Source of the DNA: a virus
Length of the DNA stretch: 64,000 nucleotides
IMG/VR virus record: IMGVR_UViG_3300031952_000008
Location: 30,281 to 94,280 of that record
Reading direction: 5' to 3' (one strand)
Shown here: positions 20,457-30,237 of the stretch, piece after piece
How the letters are laid out: every line of letters starts with the position of its first letter
How positions within the stretch are numbered: position 1 is the stretch's first letter
Made by a program: the position numbers and the translations under genes
The notes under the pieces: model-generated
Databases searched by the model: none
The model's input: only the letters and a program-made list of their open reading frames with translations
Told to the model about the DNA's origin: nothing

Positions 20457-20770
20457 TGAACATCAAGCCTATCAAAATTTTTATGGTTACTTAACTTTCC
20501 CTTTACTTCCTTATGTAATCTAACGATATCCTCCCTAGATAATTTTTCACAGTTTCCTGAACTGTAAAAGAGATGTAACATTGTGTGCAACATTCTCAAT
20601 TTCTCCATGGGATATATTTCCAAATCTGTATTTGGAGTAATAACCCCAAGAGTGTTTTTCAACTCTTGGGGAGTGTTAGTTTTGGAGGGAGCGGTTTCTT
20701 GGGGCAATACTGCCTCAATAAGCCTCTCAAAAGACAATAATTCTTCATCTAATTTCTTTAAGTTATTCAT
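20453..20770 (-). CDS. Hypothetical protein
   Basis: Translationally coupled to the portal and protease genes. Confidence 0.6.
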   Translation of the reverse strand: MNNLKKLDEELLSFERLIEAVLPQETAPSKTNTPQELKNTLGVITPNTDLEIYPMEKLRMLHTMLHLFYSSGNCEKLSREDIVRLHKEVKGKLSNHKNFDRLDVQ

Positions 20771-22212
20771 TTTATGTTAGGCAATCCTTCTCCTTTAAAA
20801 CTTGAATCTTGACTAGATTTCATCTTCGTTTTATTTCCAGATTGGCTACCAGCTGGTGAACCTGGTTCGTATGGATGCCAAGATTCCATATCTTGGTTCT
20901 TTATTTCCTTAGAAGTGCCATCAATAGATACTTTAGATGACCCACCTAATGAAAGTCCTATCATTGTTCTTGCCTCTTCCCTGTCTATCAAACCTGCTTG
21001 GAACAGTTCCACCGCTCTTTGTCCTGTAGCGTCTGCGTCTTCGGCAACGTCTCTGAAAACAAATTTTGGAGCTTTGAAACCTGAAAGGTCTGCGTATTGT
21101 TGGAAAAGTTCATTTATTCCTGTTTCGAAAATCAATTGGTTATCTCGCATGGCACGATAGAAGTGTTTGGAAAGCGTTATAGTTTCTGCCCTGTTATCCC
21201 CACCACTACCTAAAAGGATAGATTTTGGAACTCCAGTATCGGAAACTACTGCATCTAAGAAATAATCTGCGTAATCATTAAAATTTTGCCTTCCAGGAGA
21301 AAGAAACTCAATAGTTTGGTCCTCTCCTAAAGAAATCTCTTGTTGGCCATTTAATTTACCAATGGTTTTCATCCATTTTCCAAGAATTAAAGGACTTTTT
21401 GCATTAGTTTTAAGAACCATTAATGGATTAGCTGTTTTAATAGCTGCCAAAGCAGCCGCCTTTTCCATGTTCATAAGCCTAATTAAAGTATCATAACCTG
21501 GTTGAAGAGTTGATATACCACTAAACTCATCACCAAAAGTATTATATTTGATGTGAGTTATTTTATCCTTTGGAACATCCACTAATATTTCTGTTCCCAG
21601 TTCAGGGTCAAAGACCTTTTGGGCATACATTAATGGAGTTTTATCGTCACCAAAAATTATGGTATGTGTAACTTCGTCATATTTGAATCCAAATGTTAAA
21701 GGATGAACTTGTCTAAGAAGTAAAATGTCTTTCCCTCCTTGAGAAAGAATGTGTTCCCAGTAATTATTACCAAAAACATCAGCGTTTATGCTAGATTGTC
21801 TTAAGAAAGATTCTCCACCTGAGTTCTTTATTAAGTCACTGCATTTTTTAACTCCTTCCGAATCTTCACCAATAATATCATATCCTCTACTTACCATTTC
21901 GGAAGCTCGGATATTTACTGCTCTAAATATAAATTGATTTCTTAAATAAAGAGATTGAAAACATCTTAAATCTACCCTTCTACTCATTTCATTCATTATG
22001 TCAGTTAATTGTCTTTGGTCTGAGGCTATAGCACTAGGGTTAGTGGTTTGACTATCCACTCCTAATTCTTCTAGAAGTCTATTGGAAGCTAATAGTTCAG
22101 ATTCTCTCTGTTCTAGTTGTTCCTTTAATTTTTGATGTTGCCCTCTATAGTCTTTTGATAGAAATTTGAATATTCCCAAAGAAAATCCTTGTTTTTCTGT
22201 TTGTTCCGCCAT
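20767..22212 (-). CDS. Portal protein
   Basis: 481 aa. FGNNYWE, ITHIKY...GISTLQP, GVPKSILLG and GLIDREEARTMIG motifs. Confidence 0.9.
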   Translation of the reverse strand: MAEQTEKQGFSLGIFKFLSKDYRGQHQKLKEQLEQRESELLASNRLLEELGVDSQTTNPSAIASDQRQLTDIMNEMSRRVDLRCFQSLYLRNQFIFRAVNIRASEMVSRGYDIIGEDSEGVKKCSDLIKNSGGESFLRQSSINADVFGNNYWEHILSQGGKDILLLRQVHPLTFGFKYDEVTHTIIFGDDKTPLMYAQKVFDPELGTEILVDVPKDKITHIKYNTFGDEFSGISTLQPGYDTLIRLMNMEKAAALAAIKTANPLMVLKTNAKSPLILGKWMKTIGKLNGQQEISLGEDQTIEFLSPGRQNFNDYADYFLDAVVSDTGVPKSILLGSGGDNRAETITLSKHFYRAMRDNQLIFETGINELFQQYADLSGFKAPKFVFRDVAEDADATGQRAVELFQAGLIDREEARTMIGLSLGGSSKVSIDGTSKEIKNQDMESWHPYEPGSPAGSQSGNKTKMKSSQDSSFKGEGLPNIK

Positions 22213-22296
22213 TTTATATAAAATCTTAATAAATTTATAAATAATCTTAACACTATATAAAAAATAAGTCTCTACATAGTATATATAATCTTCCAG

Positions 22297-22311
22297 TATA
22301 TAAATGTTTCG
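22297..22311 (-). promoter_or_regulatory. Archaeal-type BRE+TATA promoter for the morphogenesis operon
   Basis: Minus strand CGAAACATTTATATA, about 85 nt upstream of the portal ATG. Confidence 0.65.
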
Positions 22312-22439
22312 ATTTTACTTAGTCTACCCTAGTATAATTTGAACTAAATAACGTCGTCTATTTAAAAAAATAACCCTAATACAATACATACATTTTTATA
22401 CTATTACAACAATGGCATATAAAACCTTCGTTTTAAAAA

Positions 22440-22454
22440 CGATAGATTTATATA
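22440..22454 (+). promoter_or_regulatory. Archaeal-type BRE+TATA promoter, divergent from the previous one
   Basis: CGATAGATTTATATA, matching the consensus found elsewhere in the window. Confidence 0.65.
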
Positions 22455-22499
22455 GTAGAACATTCATATGATATATTAGATATAAAATATTTGTGTAAT

Positions 22500-22892
22500 A
22501 TGGTAAAGGAACGAATGATTCGGAAACGAAACAAGAGCTTTTTCACCAAAGCTAAGAAAGGCGTTAAGTTTGTTGAGGAAATTTATACAAAATATGAAAA
22601 AATCTATAACTTCTATTGTCCCAAGTGCAGAACTAAATTTGATACAGATACTTATAAATACACAATTACTGTATATTCCACATTAAACTTAATAACTAGG
22701 CACACTTGTGGAATTAGGTGTCATAGGTTTATAAAAACAGATTATGATATTGTAGAAAAACTGTTTTTAGAAAGTAATAAAACCCCAACATATTATCCCA
22801 AACATAAAAAAATCAGGGAAGGATTTAAAAAGAGAATGTATGTTAAACAATCAAAACATAAAATTAATGATAAAGATGAATTCGAGGTGTAA
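22500..22892 (+). CDS. Basic zinc-ribbon protein
   Basis: CPKC...HTCG. Confidence 0.55.
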   Translation: MVKERMIRKRNKSFFTKAKKGVKFVEEIYTKYEKIYNFYCPKCRTKFDTDTYKYTITVYSTLNLITRHTCGIRCHRFIKTDYDIVEKLFLESNKTPTYYPKHKKIREGFKKRMYVKQSKHKINDKDEFEV

Positions 22893-22895
22893 AAC

Positions 22896-23324
22896 ATGGT
22901 TAAAAATGGATTGAAAATCCGCTATAAAGGCAACGATGCCTTGTCCACTCAAAAAATAAATCATATAGTATATGGAAAGTTACATAAAGTAAAAGGGAAT
23001 TGTATGAACTATACCCCAGGTATACTACATGCGGTAGAATATGTTAAACTTTATAATGGTTGTTATTTCATTCCAGACCAAGTATTTCATATTCAATCAG
23101 GACTAGGAAGTTCACCAACTCCTATGGAAGATTTAGAAAAAAACATAAGGGAATCCATCGGAACGTTATGTTTTGACTTATTAATCGAGAAATTCGAGCT
23201 TCCGGAAGATGAACATTTCAAAAAGTATGTTTTCAAAAATGGTTTTAATTATTGGAAAGATTACACAAGAGACTTAGGGAGAGTGTTTAAATGCAAGGGG
23301 AAATTCAATCTGGAACTGGTGTAG
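22896..23324 (+). CDS. Hypothetical protein
   Basis: GAGGTG RBS; 142 aa. Confidence 0.6.
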   Translation: MVKNGLKIRYKGNDALSTQKINHIVYGKLHKVKGNCMNYTPGILHAVEYVKLYNGCYFIPDQVFHIQSGLGSSPTPMEDLEKNIRESIGTLCFDLLIEKFELPEDEHFKKYVFKNGFNYWKDYTRDLGRVFKCKGKFNLELV

Positions 23325-23857
23325 AAACACCAATTAAGGAGAAAGAAACTAAATATAAAACTTCTGGAGTTAAAGATAGGGCTCTGGAACTTTACGAGAA
23401 TGGAATGAATCCTTCCGAAATAACTAAAAAATTAACTGAGGAAGGATTTGAATGTAGTGATGAAGGAATTAGACAGATGTTACTTAATAATTCAAAAGTT
23501 AGAAAGAACGTGATTTCAGATATTCAATTAACAAAGAAATTCAAAGATATGGTCTTGGATTATGAAAAGGAACTCAAAACTATCTTTGATGAAATAAACG
23601 AAGTTAAAGCTATGGCCAAAAATGAAAAGGAGTACAATGCTTACTCGGCTTTAGTAGGACGAATGTTACAAGGCATAGAATTGTTTTCCAAGATAGCAGG
23701 AGACTTTAAAGAACAAAAAATAGATATTAATGTAATTATTGGCGAGATAGATAATAGAGTTAGAGCAAGTAAAGGAATATTTGAAGAACCTATAGATATT
23801 AATGCTGTTATTATCGAAGACGATAAACGAATAGCAAAATCTAAAGAAGAACAATGA
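23291..23857 (+). CDS. Putative terminase small subunit
   Basis: N-terminal HTH (ALELYENGMNPSEITKKL) plus helical oligomerisation region; same operon as TerL. Confidence 0.6.
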   Translation: MQGEIQSGTGVETPIKEKETKYKTSGVKDRALELYENGMNPSEITKKLTEEGFECSDEGIRQMLLNNSKVRKNVISDIQLTKKFKDMVLDYEKELKTIFDEINEVKAMAKNEKEYNAYSALVGRMLQGIELFSKIAGDFKEQKIDINVIIGEIDNRVRASKGIFEEPIDINAVIIEDDKRIAKSKEEQ

Positions 23858-24207
23858 AAGTTGGTATTGTAGGTAGTAGGAAACGAATAGATAAGAGTAA
23901 TGTTATAAAGTTAGTAGATTCATTAAATAAAAAAGATATTGTAGTATCGGGTGGATGTAAAGGAGTAGATACTTGGGCTATTGAAAGAGCTAAAGAAAGA
24001 AAAATGAATACTATTATAATACTACCAGAAAAACCTACTATCGAAACTACTTACTTTGATGCTGTTAAAAGATTTTATAAACGAAATGAAGCAATAGCTA
24101 AAGAAGCTGACATAATTTATGCTTTTGTATCCTTTGATAGAAAAGGTGGAACGGAAAATACTATTAAACATGCCAAAAAGTTAGGTAAGGAGGTTGTTAT
24201 ATTATGA
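23854..24207 (+). CDS. SLOG / DprA-like nucleotide-binding protein
   Basis: VGIVGSR, VVSGGCKGVD, RNEAI and GGTENTI motifs. Confidence 0.85.
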   Translation: MKVGIVGSRKRIDKSNVIKLVDSLNKKDIVVSGGCKGVDTWAIERAKERKMNTIIILPEKPTIETTYFDAVKRFYKRNEAIAKEADIIYAFVSFDRKGGTENTIKHAKKLGKEVVIL

Positions 24208-24941
24208 AAATAGTGAATTTAGGATTAGGCCAGGTTGGAAAGCCTTTAAAGGAAATATGTGAAAAGAATGGTCATCAAACATTTACAATAGAACTAGATT
24301 ATCAAGATGTTATACCAGAAGATATAGATATTATGATGGTTAACATTCCTTACAACAATAAATTTATTGATATAGTAACTAAAAGGATAGAAGAAGTTAA
24401 ACCTAAAATAGTTATTATAAATTCCACAGTTGATATGGGAACTACTAGAAGTATTGAAGAAATATCTGGAATCCCATGTACACACTCTCCTATAAGAGGA
24501 GTACATCCTTACCTAAAAGAAGGTATTATGACATTTGTTAAATATGTAGGTGCCACAAATATGGAAGTAATGGATAAGGTTGTAGAGTTCTTTGAAAAGA
24601 TGGGAATAGATACTAAAGCATTTAATTCGCCAGAAGAAACAGAACTTGCTAAACTACTTTGCACCACCACCTATGGCGAATATATTGCTTGGGCAACAGA
24701 AGTTAAAAGGATATGTGATAAACATGGTTTAAATTTTGATAATGTTTATACAGACTGGAACCTAACTTATAATGTAGGTTTTATGGAATTAGGTATGCCT
24801 CATGTGGTGAGACCAATACTAAAACCAAATAAAGGGGGGTTTTTAGGCCACTGCGTTTTTGAAAATTCCCAAATATTAGATAAAGAACTATCTAAAGACT
24901 GGAAACATATTAAAAAAATAGGGAAGTGGGTTCAAGAATGA
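24204..24941 (+). CDS. Nucleotide-sugar dehydrogenase-like protein (UDP-Glc/GDP-Man DH family, no C-terminal domain)
   Basis: GLGQVG, NSTV..GTT, HSPIRG, ELAKL and GGFLGHCV motifs. Confidence 0.8.
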   Translation: MKIVNLGLGQVGKPLKEICEKNGHQTFTIELDYQDVIPEDIDIMMVNIPYNNKFIDIVTKRIEEVKPKIVIINSTVDMGTTRSIEEISGIPCTHSPIRGVHPYLKEGIMTFVKYVGATNMEVMDKVVEFFEKMGIDTKAFNSPEETELAKLLCTTTYGEYIAWATEVKRICDKHGLNFDNVYTDWNLTYNVGFMELGMPHVVRPILKPNKGGFLGHCVFENSQILDKELSKDWKHIKKIGKWVQE

Positions 24942-25177
24942 TAAGCAAAGGAATAATTGATAGCATAGAAAAATACTCTTTCGTGACTAAAGTAACTGTT
25001 TCCAAAGATTTTTATATTACAGTATTTTATAAAACTAATGGTAAAGAAAGGCATAAATCTATAAGTAGAAGGGCTAATCATAACGAACTGGTTGAATTTT
25101 TGACCAAGATAAGAATGGAAGCAGATAAGCCAATGCTTCCTGAATTTAAAGATGATTTGCCTATCGAAATAGTTTAA
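24938..25177 (+). CDS. Hypothetical protein
   Basis: ATGA overlap with the previous gene. Confidence 0.55.
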   Translation: MISKGIIDSIEKYSFVTKVTVSKDFYITVFYKTNGKERHKSISRRANHNELVEFLTKIRMEADKPMLPEFKDDLPIEIV

Positions 25178-25189
25178 GGAGGGATAATA

Positions 25190-25927
25190 ATTAAATATTG
25201 TAAAGATTGTGGTATACAAATTTGTGTTGGAGCCAAACAATGGTGCCGAAAGTGTTATTGGAAATCTTTAAAAGGTAGAAAAGTAATATTTACGGAAGAA
25301 CATAAAAATAATATAAGTAAATCTTTAACTGGTAAGAAATTAACACCTATACACATAGAGAATTGTAGAAAATCACATCTAGGTTCGATACCATGGAATA
25401 GAGGAAAAGTGGGAGTCTATTCGGAAGAAACCCTAGAACTATTTAAAAAAACACATCTCGGTAAAATAGCCTCTACAGAAACAAGAAAAAAGATGTCTTT
25501 ATCGCATATAGGTTTTAAACACCCACCAAGAACAGAAGAATGGAAAATAAAACAAAGAAAAGCACATTTAGGTAGAACTGGAAAACTAGCAAGTAATTGG
25601 CAAGGTGGCAAAACAGAAGCTACTAAATTAATTAGAAATAGTATAGAATATAAAGAATGGCGAAACCAAGTATTCAAACGAGATGATTATACTTGTCGAT
25701 TTTGTAAAGTAAAAGGAAAGGATTTAGAGGCACATCATATATATCCTATTCATAAAAGTATAAAATTTATCTATGATGTTGATAACGGAATAACACTTTG
25801 TAAATTTTGTCATGGTTTTATAGATAAAAAAAGAAGAATAAAGGAGGAAAGAAAATGGTACATCTCGTGCACATGGCAGTCATCGGTTCCGACCGTTATG
25901 ACATTGAAAAATTGGGTAATGCTTTAA
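25190..25927 (+). CDS. NUMOD3-repeat HNH homing endonuclease (ATA/ATT start)
   Basis: NUMOD3-like repeats (SEETLELFKKTHLGK, STETRKKMSLSH) and HNH (RDDYTCRFC...HHI...NGITLCKFCH). Frame extends upstream to ATA-ATA-ATT behind AGGAGGG. Confidence 0.85.
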   Translation: MKYCKDCGIQICVGAKQWCRKCYWKSLKGRKVIFTEEHKNNISKSLTGKKLTPIHIENCRKSHLGSIPWNRGKVGVYSEETLELFKKTHLGKIASTETRKKMSLSHIGFKHPPRTEEWKIKQRKAHLGRTGKLASNWQGGKTEATKLIRNSIEYKEWRNQVFKRDDYTCRFCKVKGKDLEAHHIYPIHKSIKFIYDVDNGITLCKFCHGFIDKKRRIKEERKWYISCTWQSSVPTVMTLKNWVML

Positions 25928-26091
25928 AGAAAGTAAAAGATTCATTGGGTGGAGAGTTTGAATTTTTAATAACTAACGATAGAATTACCGTTAGAGACCC
26001 AGAAATGTTATTTAAAGAATATAGGGCTTTACTAGATTCCATGCAAGAACTATATTTAAAATATAAAGATAAAGAAAAAAAGGAATTATAA
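25855..26091 (+). CDS. Hypothetical protein
   Basis: GGAGG RBS; 78 aa. Confidence 0.6.
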   Translation: MVHLVHMAVIGSDRYDIEKLGNALKKVKDSLGGEFEFLITNDRITVRDPEMLFKEYRALLDSMQELYLKYKDKEKKEL

Positions 26092-27110
26092 TGAAAATAG
26101 CACTACTTGCTCAAAATTGGGGGTTTGGAAGAGGCGTTGCCTACAACGCTTTAGCTTATGTTAAAGCCTTACTTGCTTTAGGACACGAAGTTACTGTATT
26201 ACGATTTGGTCAATTAGATGAGAACGCTCCAGAATTTGACCTTCCGATTAAAAAGATAGACTCTCCAGACTTTTGGCAAGTGGATGGAACCTTTTTTAAA
26301 ACCATATTGGATTTAGAAAAACCTGATTATTGCTTATTTTTCGAATACGACCAGTGGGTAGTTAATAAAGATAACTTAATCGAAATCTGTTGGGAAAAAG
26401 GAGTTAAACCAATAGGTGCTTGGATTGCTTGGGAGAAACTATTTAATACATCAGTTCCTAAATTTAAAAGGTTTCATAAAATATTCAGTCATACTAAAGA
26501 ACAGGTTAAGATATTTCGAAGATTTGGTTTAACTAATACCTATTTAGTTCCTTTTGGGTTAGATTTAAAAGAATATGAAGGAGAAAAGTTTCCTCATAGC
26601 AAATTTGTATTCTTACACACATCAGGATTTGGAGGAGTTAAAGGAAGAAGAAATACGGAACTAGTAGTAGAAGCATTTAAGAAACTTAATGACCCAAACA
26701 CCTCACTTATTTTAACTAGTCAAAAAGTTGCTAACTTACCATATTCCGAGATTAAGAAACTATATAAAAAAGCAGATTGTTATCTTTGTCCAAGTAAATG
26801 GGAAGGATTAGGAATACCAAACATAGAAGCAATAATAAGTGGAACGCCAGTAATAACAACAAACTATCCTCCAATGAATGAAATAGTAAAGGATAGGGTT
26901 AGTGGATTATTAGTAGATGCTGATGATTATATAGAAACTAAAGAAATAGGTGTTGCACAACAAATAATAGAAGTAGATGATTTGATTGAAAAAATGAAGT
27001 TAGTTATGAATCCAGAAATACACGAAATACTAGTAAAAGGCTGTCAAATTGAAAAAGAACGATTTAGCCAAGAGAAAATGATGGAGGCTTTAAAAAAGGA
27101 GTTGATGTAA
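26091..27110 (+). CDS. GT4 glycosyltransferase
   Basis: PSKWEGLGIPNIEAIISGTPVI. Confidence 0.9.
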   Translation: MKIALLAQNWGFGRGVAYNALAYVKALLALGHEVTVLRFGQLDENAPEFDLPIKKIDSPDFWQVDGTFFKTILDLEKPDYCLFFEYDQWVVNKDNLIEICWEKGVKPIGAWIAWEKLFNTSVPKFKRFHKIFSHTKEQVKIFRRFGLTNTYLVPFGLDLKEYEGEKFPHSKFVFLHTSGFGGVKGRRNTELVVEAFKKLNDPNTSLILTSQKVANLPYSEIKKLYKKADCYLCPSKWEGLGIPNIEAIISGTPVITTNYPPMNEIVKDRVSGLLVDADDYIETKEIGVAQQIIEVDDLIEKMKLVMNPEIHEILVKGCQIEKERFSQEKMMEALKKELM

Positions 27111-27217
27111 ATATGGGAGATGAAGATTATGAAGGCGGATTCGAAGATGATGATGAAGATGTTTTCAATGATGGTCACGATGATGCTATTATAGAAGATG
27201 AATAGGAGGGGTTATTA

Positions 27218-28348
27218 ATGAAATTTAAGGTCGGAGATTTTAAAACCACTACAGCATTTAGGGATGCAATAAATGATGTACTTGGTAGTAATCATATTAC
27301 AGAAGGTAGATATGTTAAACTATTCGAAAGAGAAGTAGAAAAAATACTACATGTAAGACACGCTATTGCTATTTGTAATGGAACAATATCCCTTCAGATA
27401 ATAGCATATTATTTAAAAACTCAAAAGATTAAAAAAGATAAGCCAGTAGTTTGCGTTCCAGCAACTACATTCCCTGCCACTCTTAATGCTTTCCTAATGA
27501 TAGGTTACGAACCTATACTTTGTGATATTAACGAAAACGATTTATGTATTAATATAGATAATTTAACAGAGGATGAGAAGAAAAGGATAGATGTAATAGT
27601 TCCAGTATCTATATTAGGTTATACTCCTGATATGGATAAAATAATGTTAGAAGCTAAAAAATATGGCTGGTTTGTAGTAGAAGACTTCGCCGAAGCTTTC
27701 GGAAGTAAGTATGATGGGAAATATTTAGGAAGCATAGGAGATTTTGGTAGTTCTTCATTCTTCGTAAGTCACGTCATTCAAGCAGGAGAAATGGGAGTAA
27801 TAACTACTAACGATGATAATTATGCGGAAGCTATTAGAAAAATGAAAAATCATGGTAGAGATGGAGACCCTATGAAGTTTGAACATGGTCTAGTAGGTAC
27901 TAATGGTAAAACAACAGAATTTTGTGCCGCAATAGCTTTTGAACAACTAAAAGATTTTGAAAGAATAGTAAAAAATAGACAAGAAATAGCTAAAACATAC
28001 TATCTTGGTATAAAAAATACTAATTTAATTGCTATGCCATGGGGAGTTAATTATAGTATGTTAGGATATCCTATAATAGCTAAATCTAAACAACAAAAAG
28101 AATTCGCTATTAAAAAACTTCATGATGGTGATGTAGAAACACGAGGAATGTTTCCTTGTTTGGCCAACCAAAAAGCTTATCAAGAACTTGACGAAAATGG
28201 TAAGGTTAAAAAGTATTTATTGGGAGAACCTAGCAAATATCCTATATCGGTTAAAATGGAAGAGAATGGATTCTATATAGGTGTTCATCAATATATAACT
28301 CCTATTGCGGCAGAAAAAATAGCACAAATACTTAACGTATCAAAATGA
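27218..28348 (+). CDS. DegT/DnrJ/EryC1/StrS sugar aminotransferase
   Basis: NGTISL, EDFAEAFGS and SSSFFVSHVIQAGEMG. His replaces the usual PLP Lys, as in ColD/RfbH-type 3-dehydratases. Confidence 0.88.
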   Translation: MKFKVGDFKTTTAFRDAINDVLGSNHITEGRYVKLFEREVEKILHVRHAIAICNGTISLQIIAYYLKTQKIKKDKPVVCVPATTFPATLNAFLMIGYEPILCDINENDLCINIDNLTEDEKKRIDVIVPVSILGYTPDMDKIMLEAKKYGWFVVEDFAEAFGSKYDGKYLGSIGDFGSSSFFVSHVIQAGEMGVITTNDDNYAEAIRKMKNHGRDGDPMKFEHGLVGTNGKTTEFCAAIAFEQLKDFERIVKNRQEIAKTYYLGIKNTNLIAMPWGVNYSMLGYPIIAKSKQQKEFAIKKLHDGDVETRGMFPCLANQKAYQELDENGKVKKYLLGEPSKYPISVKMEENGFYIGVHQYITPIAAEKIAQILNVSK

Positions 28349-28692
28349 AACTAGAACATTTCATGGATGGAAGAGGAATATTAATTTGGGTAAGTCCAAA
28401 AATACTCAAATTTGACTACAAATACTTACTCATGGGAAGTATAATGCCCGGAGAAACAAGGGGGAATCATTACCATAAACGAATATTTGAGAAAATACTT
28501 TGTATAAAAGGAACTATATTAGTAAGGGTAGGACTTAAAGAGTATGAAATTACAGATGGGGAGATAGTAGATATAATAACTGGCGAATTACATAGCGTAA
28601 CTAATATAGGAGAGGAAGAAGCATTTTTTATAGAATTTAAAAGTGAAGAACTAAATGAGGCGGATAGAGATACTCACAAACCAAATAATTGA
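28345..28692 (+). CDS. Cupin, WxcM/FdtA-like sugar isomerase
   Basis: PGETRGNHYHK...E...H motif. Confidence 0.8.
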   Translation: MKLEHFMDGRGILIWVSPKILKFDYKYLLMGSIMPGETRGNHYHKRIFEKILCIKGTILVRVGLKEYEITDGEIVDIITGELHSVTNIGEEEAFFIEFKSEELNEADRDTHKPNN

Positions 28693-29128
28693 TAAGGTAA
28701 TCATAGGTAAAAGATGTAAGATATGGTACTTTGTTAATTTATACAACTCTATAATAGGAGACGATGTTAATATTGGAGCATTTGTAGAAATACAAAAAGC
28801 TAAAATAGGAAATAGGTGTAGGATAGCCAATGGGTCGTTTATTCCTAATGGTGTTATAATAGGCGATGATTGTTTTATCGGCCCAAAAGTTTGTTTTACC
28901 ACAGATAAATATCCTTCCGTTAAGAAGGCTATGACTCAGAAACAATTTTGGCCAGAAAAACTTACGGTAGTAGGTAATAGAGTAATTATAGGAGCTAATA
29001 CTACCATCTTACCAGGTATAAGTATAGAAGAAGGAGCAATAATAGGAGCAGGAAGTTTAGTAACTAAAGATATAGGTAAAAATGAAGTATGGTATGGTTC
29101 ACCAGCAGTTTGTGTGAGGAAATTATGA
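28655..29128 (+). CDS. Hexapeptide-repeat sugar N-acetyltransferase
   Basis: Left-handed beta-helix repeats (IGDDVNIG, IGANTTILPG, IGAGSLVTKD, GSPA). Confidence 0.9.
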   Translation: MRRIEILTNQIIDKVIIGKRCKIWYFVNLYNSIIGDDVNIGAFVEIQKAKIGNRCRIANGSFIPNGVIIGDDCFIGPKVCFTTDKYPSVKKAMTQKQFWPEKLTVVGNRVIIGANTTILPGISIEEGAIIGAGSLVTKDIGKNEVWYGSPAVCVRKL

Positions 29129-30237
29129 AAATTATTGTAATAACCCCAGTACATACAGGAGTATATAAAGACGATACTCAAATGTTCTGTGATGGATTAG
29201 AAAAATATTTTGGTCATGAAATAGTTAGGGCAGAAATTTGGTATGACCAAGGTAATGTATGTTGTAGGTATGGTAATACGATGGATACTGAAAAATTTAA
29301 AGGAGCGGATGTTGTTTGGGCACCTTATGAACCTTTAATACCTGTAGCTCTTTGGATAAGAGAAGAATGTAAAATACCAGTATTAGGTCATTTTGAAGTT
29401 ATTCCTCCAGGAAGATTTAGTATGGAAGCAATTGATAAATACTGGTTTTATAATGAAGAAATGCCAGATTTAGAAAGTAAAACATTTAACGAGTATGCAA
29501 AATATAGATATTTGGCAATAGCATTTGCTAATTGTGATATTAAAACAATTATAGGATTAGAACAAAAATATAAAATAGAAAAACTATTGGGTTGTCAATT
29601 AGATAGAGAATTATTCATTAAACCCTATCCTTTAGATGAAGAATTATTAGATAAATATAGAGACCCTAGTATTAAAGAAAAAAGGCAGATATTGAGTATA
29701 TTAAGCCTTCAACCTCATAAAAGAACTGCTCATGTTATTAGAGCATTATCTTTAATTAAAAATCCTCCAGAATTAATAATAATAGGTGGTTGTAAAAAAA
29801 ATAAAGAAGGAAAGAAAAAAGAACTAGAAAAATTAACTAAATTAGCAAATAAATATAATGTAAAAGTTACATTTAAAGAAATAGTAACTGATGAAGAAAA
29901 ATGTAGGTTAATTCAAGAATCTATATTTACAGTGCACCCATGGGCGTGTCTACCCGTAACAGAAGTGGCATACTTTAAGAAAGCTTCTATTTGTTATGAT
30001 GACCCAGTACTTAGGGATAGATTAGCAGATTTACCTTTTTATGTTTTAGATAATAATATTGTAGAAATGGCACAAGCAATAGATTACTTTGATAAGAATC
30101 CAGAATTTAGAAAGAAATGGGGAGAAAAAGCTTATAACGACCTTATAAGTAATAAAACACACACTCACTTACTTAAAGAAGCCTGTAAGCAAGTTAATGA
30201 AACACTAATTTTGGCAAGTAAGGTGAAGGTAGAATGA
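29125..30237 (+). CDS. GT-B glycosyltransferase (paralog 1)
   Basis: GT4-like layout; aligns with the next gene (ADVVWAPYEPL, KPYPLD). Confidence 0.75.
   Translation: MKIIVITPVHTGVYKDDTQMFCDGLEKYFGHEIVRAEIWYDQGNVCCRYGNTMDTEKFKGADVVWAPYEPLIPVALWIREECKIPVLGHFEVIPPGRFSMEAIDKYWFYNEEMPDLESKTFNEYAKYRYLAIAFANCDIKTIIGLEQKYKIEKLLGCQLDRELFIKPYPLDEELLDKYRDPSIKEKRQILSILSLQPHKRTAHVIRALSLIKNPPELIIIGGCKKNKEGKKKELEKLTKLANKYNVKVTFKEIVTDEEKCRLIQESIFTVHPWACLPVTEVAYFKKASICYDDPVLRDRLADLPFYVLDNNIVEMAQAIDYFDKNPEFRKKWGEKAYNDLISNKTHTHLLKEACKQVNETLILASKVKVE

Noticed and set aside
15983-25927. Homing endonucleases as parts of introns or inteins
   Set aside because: Both are free-standing between intact genes with their own RBS; no split host gene or intein termini seen, and TerL and the capsid protein are of normal length.
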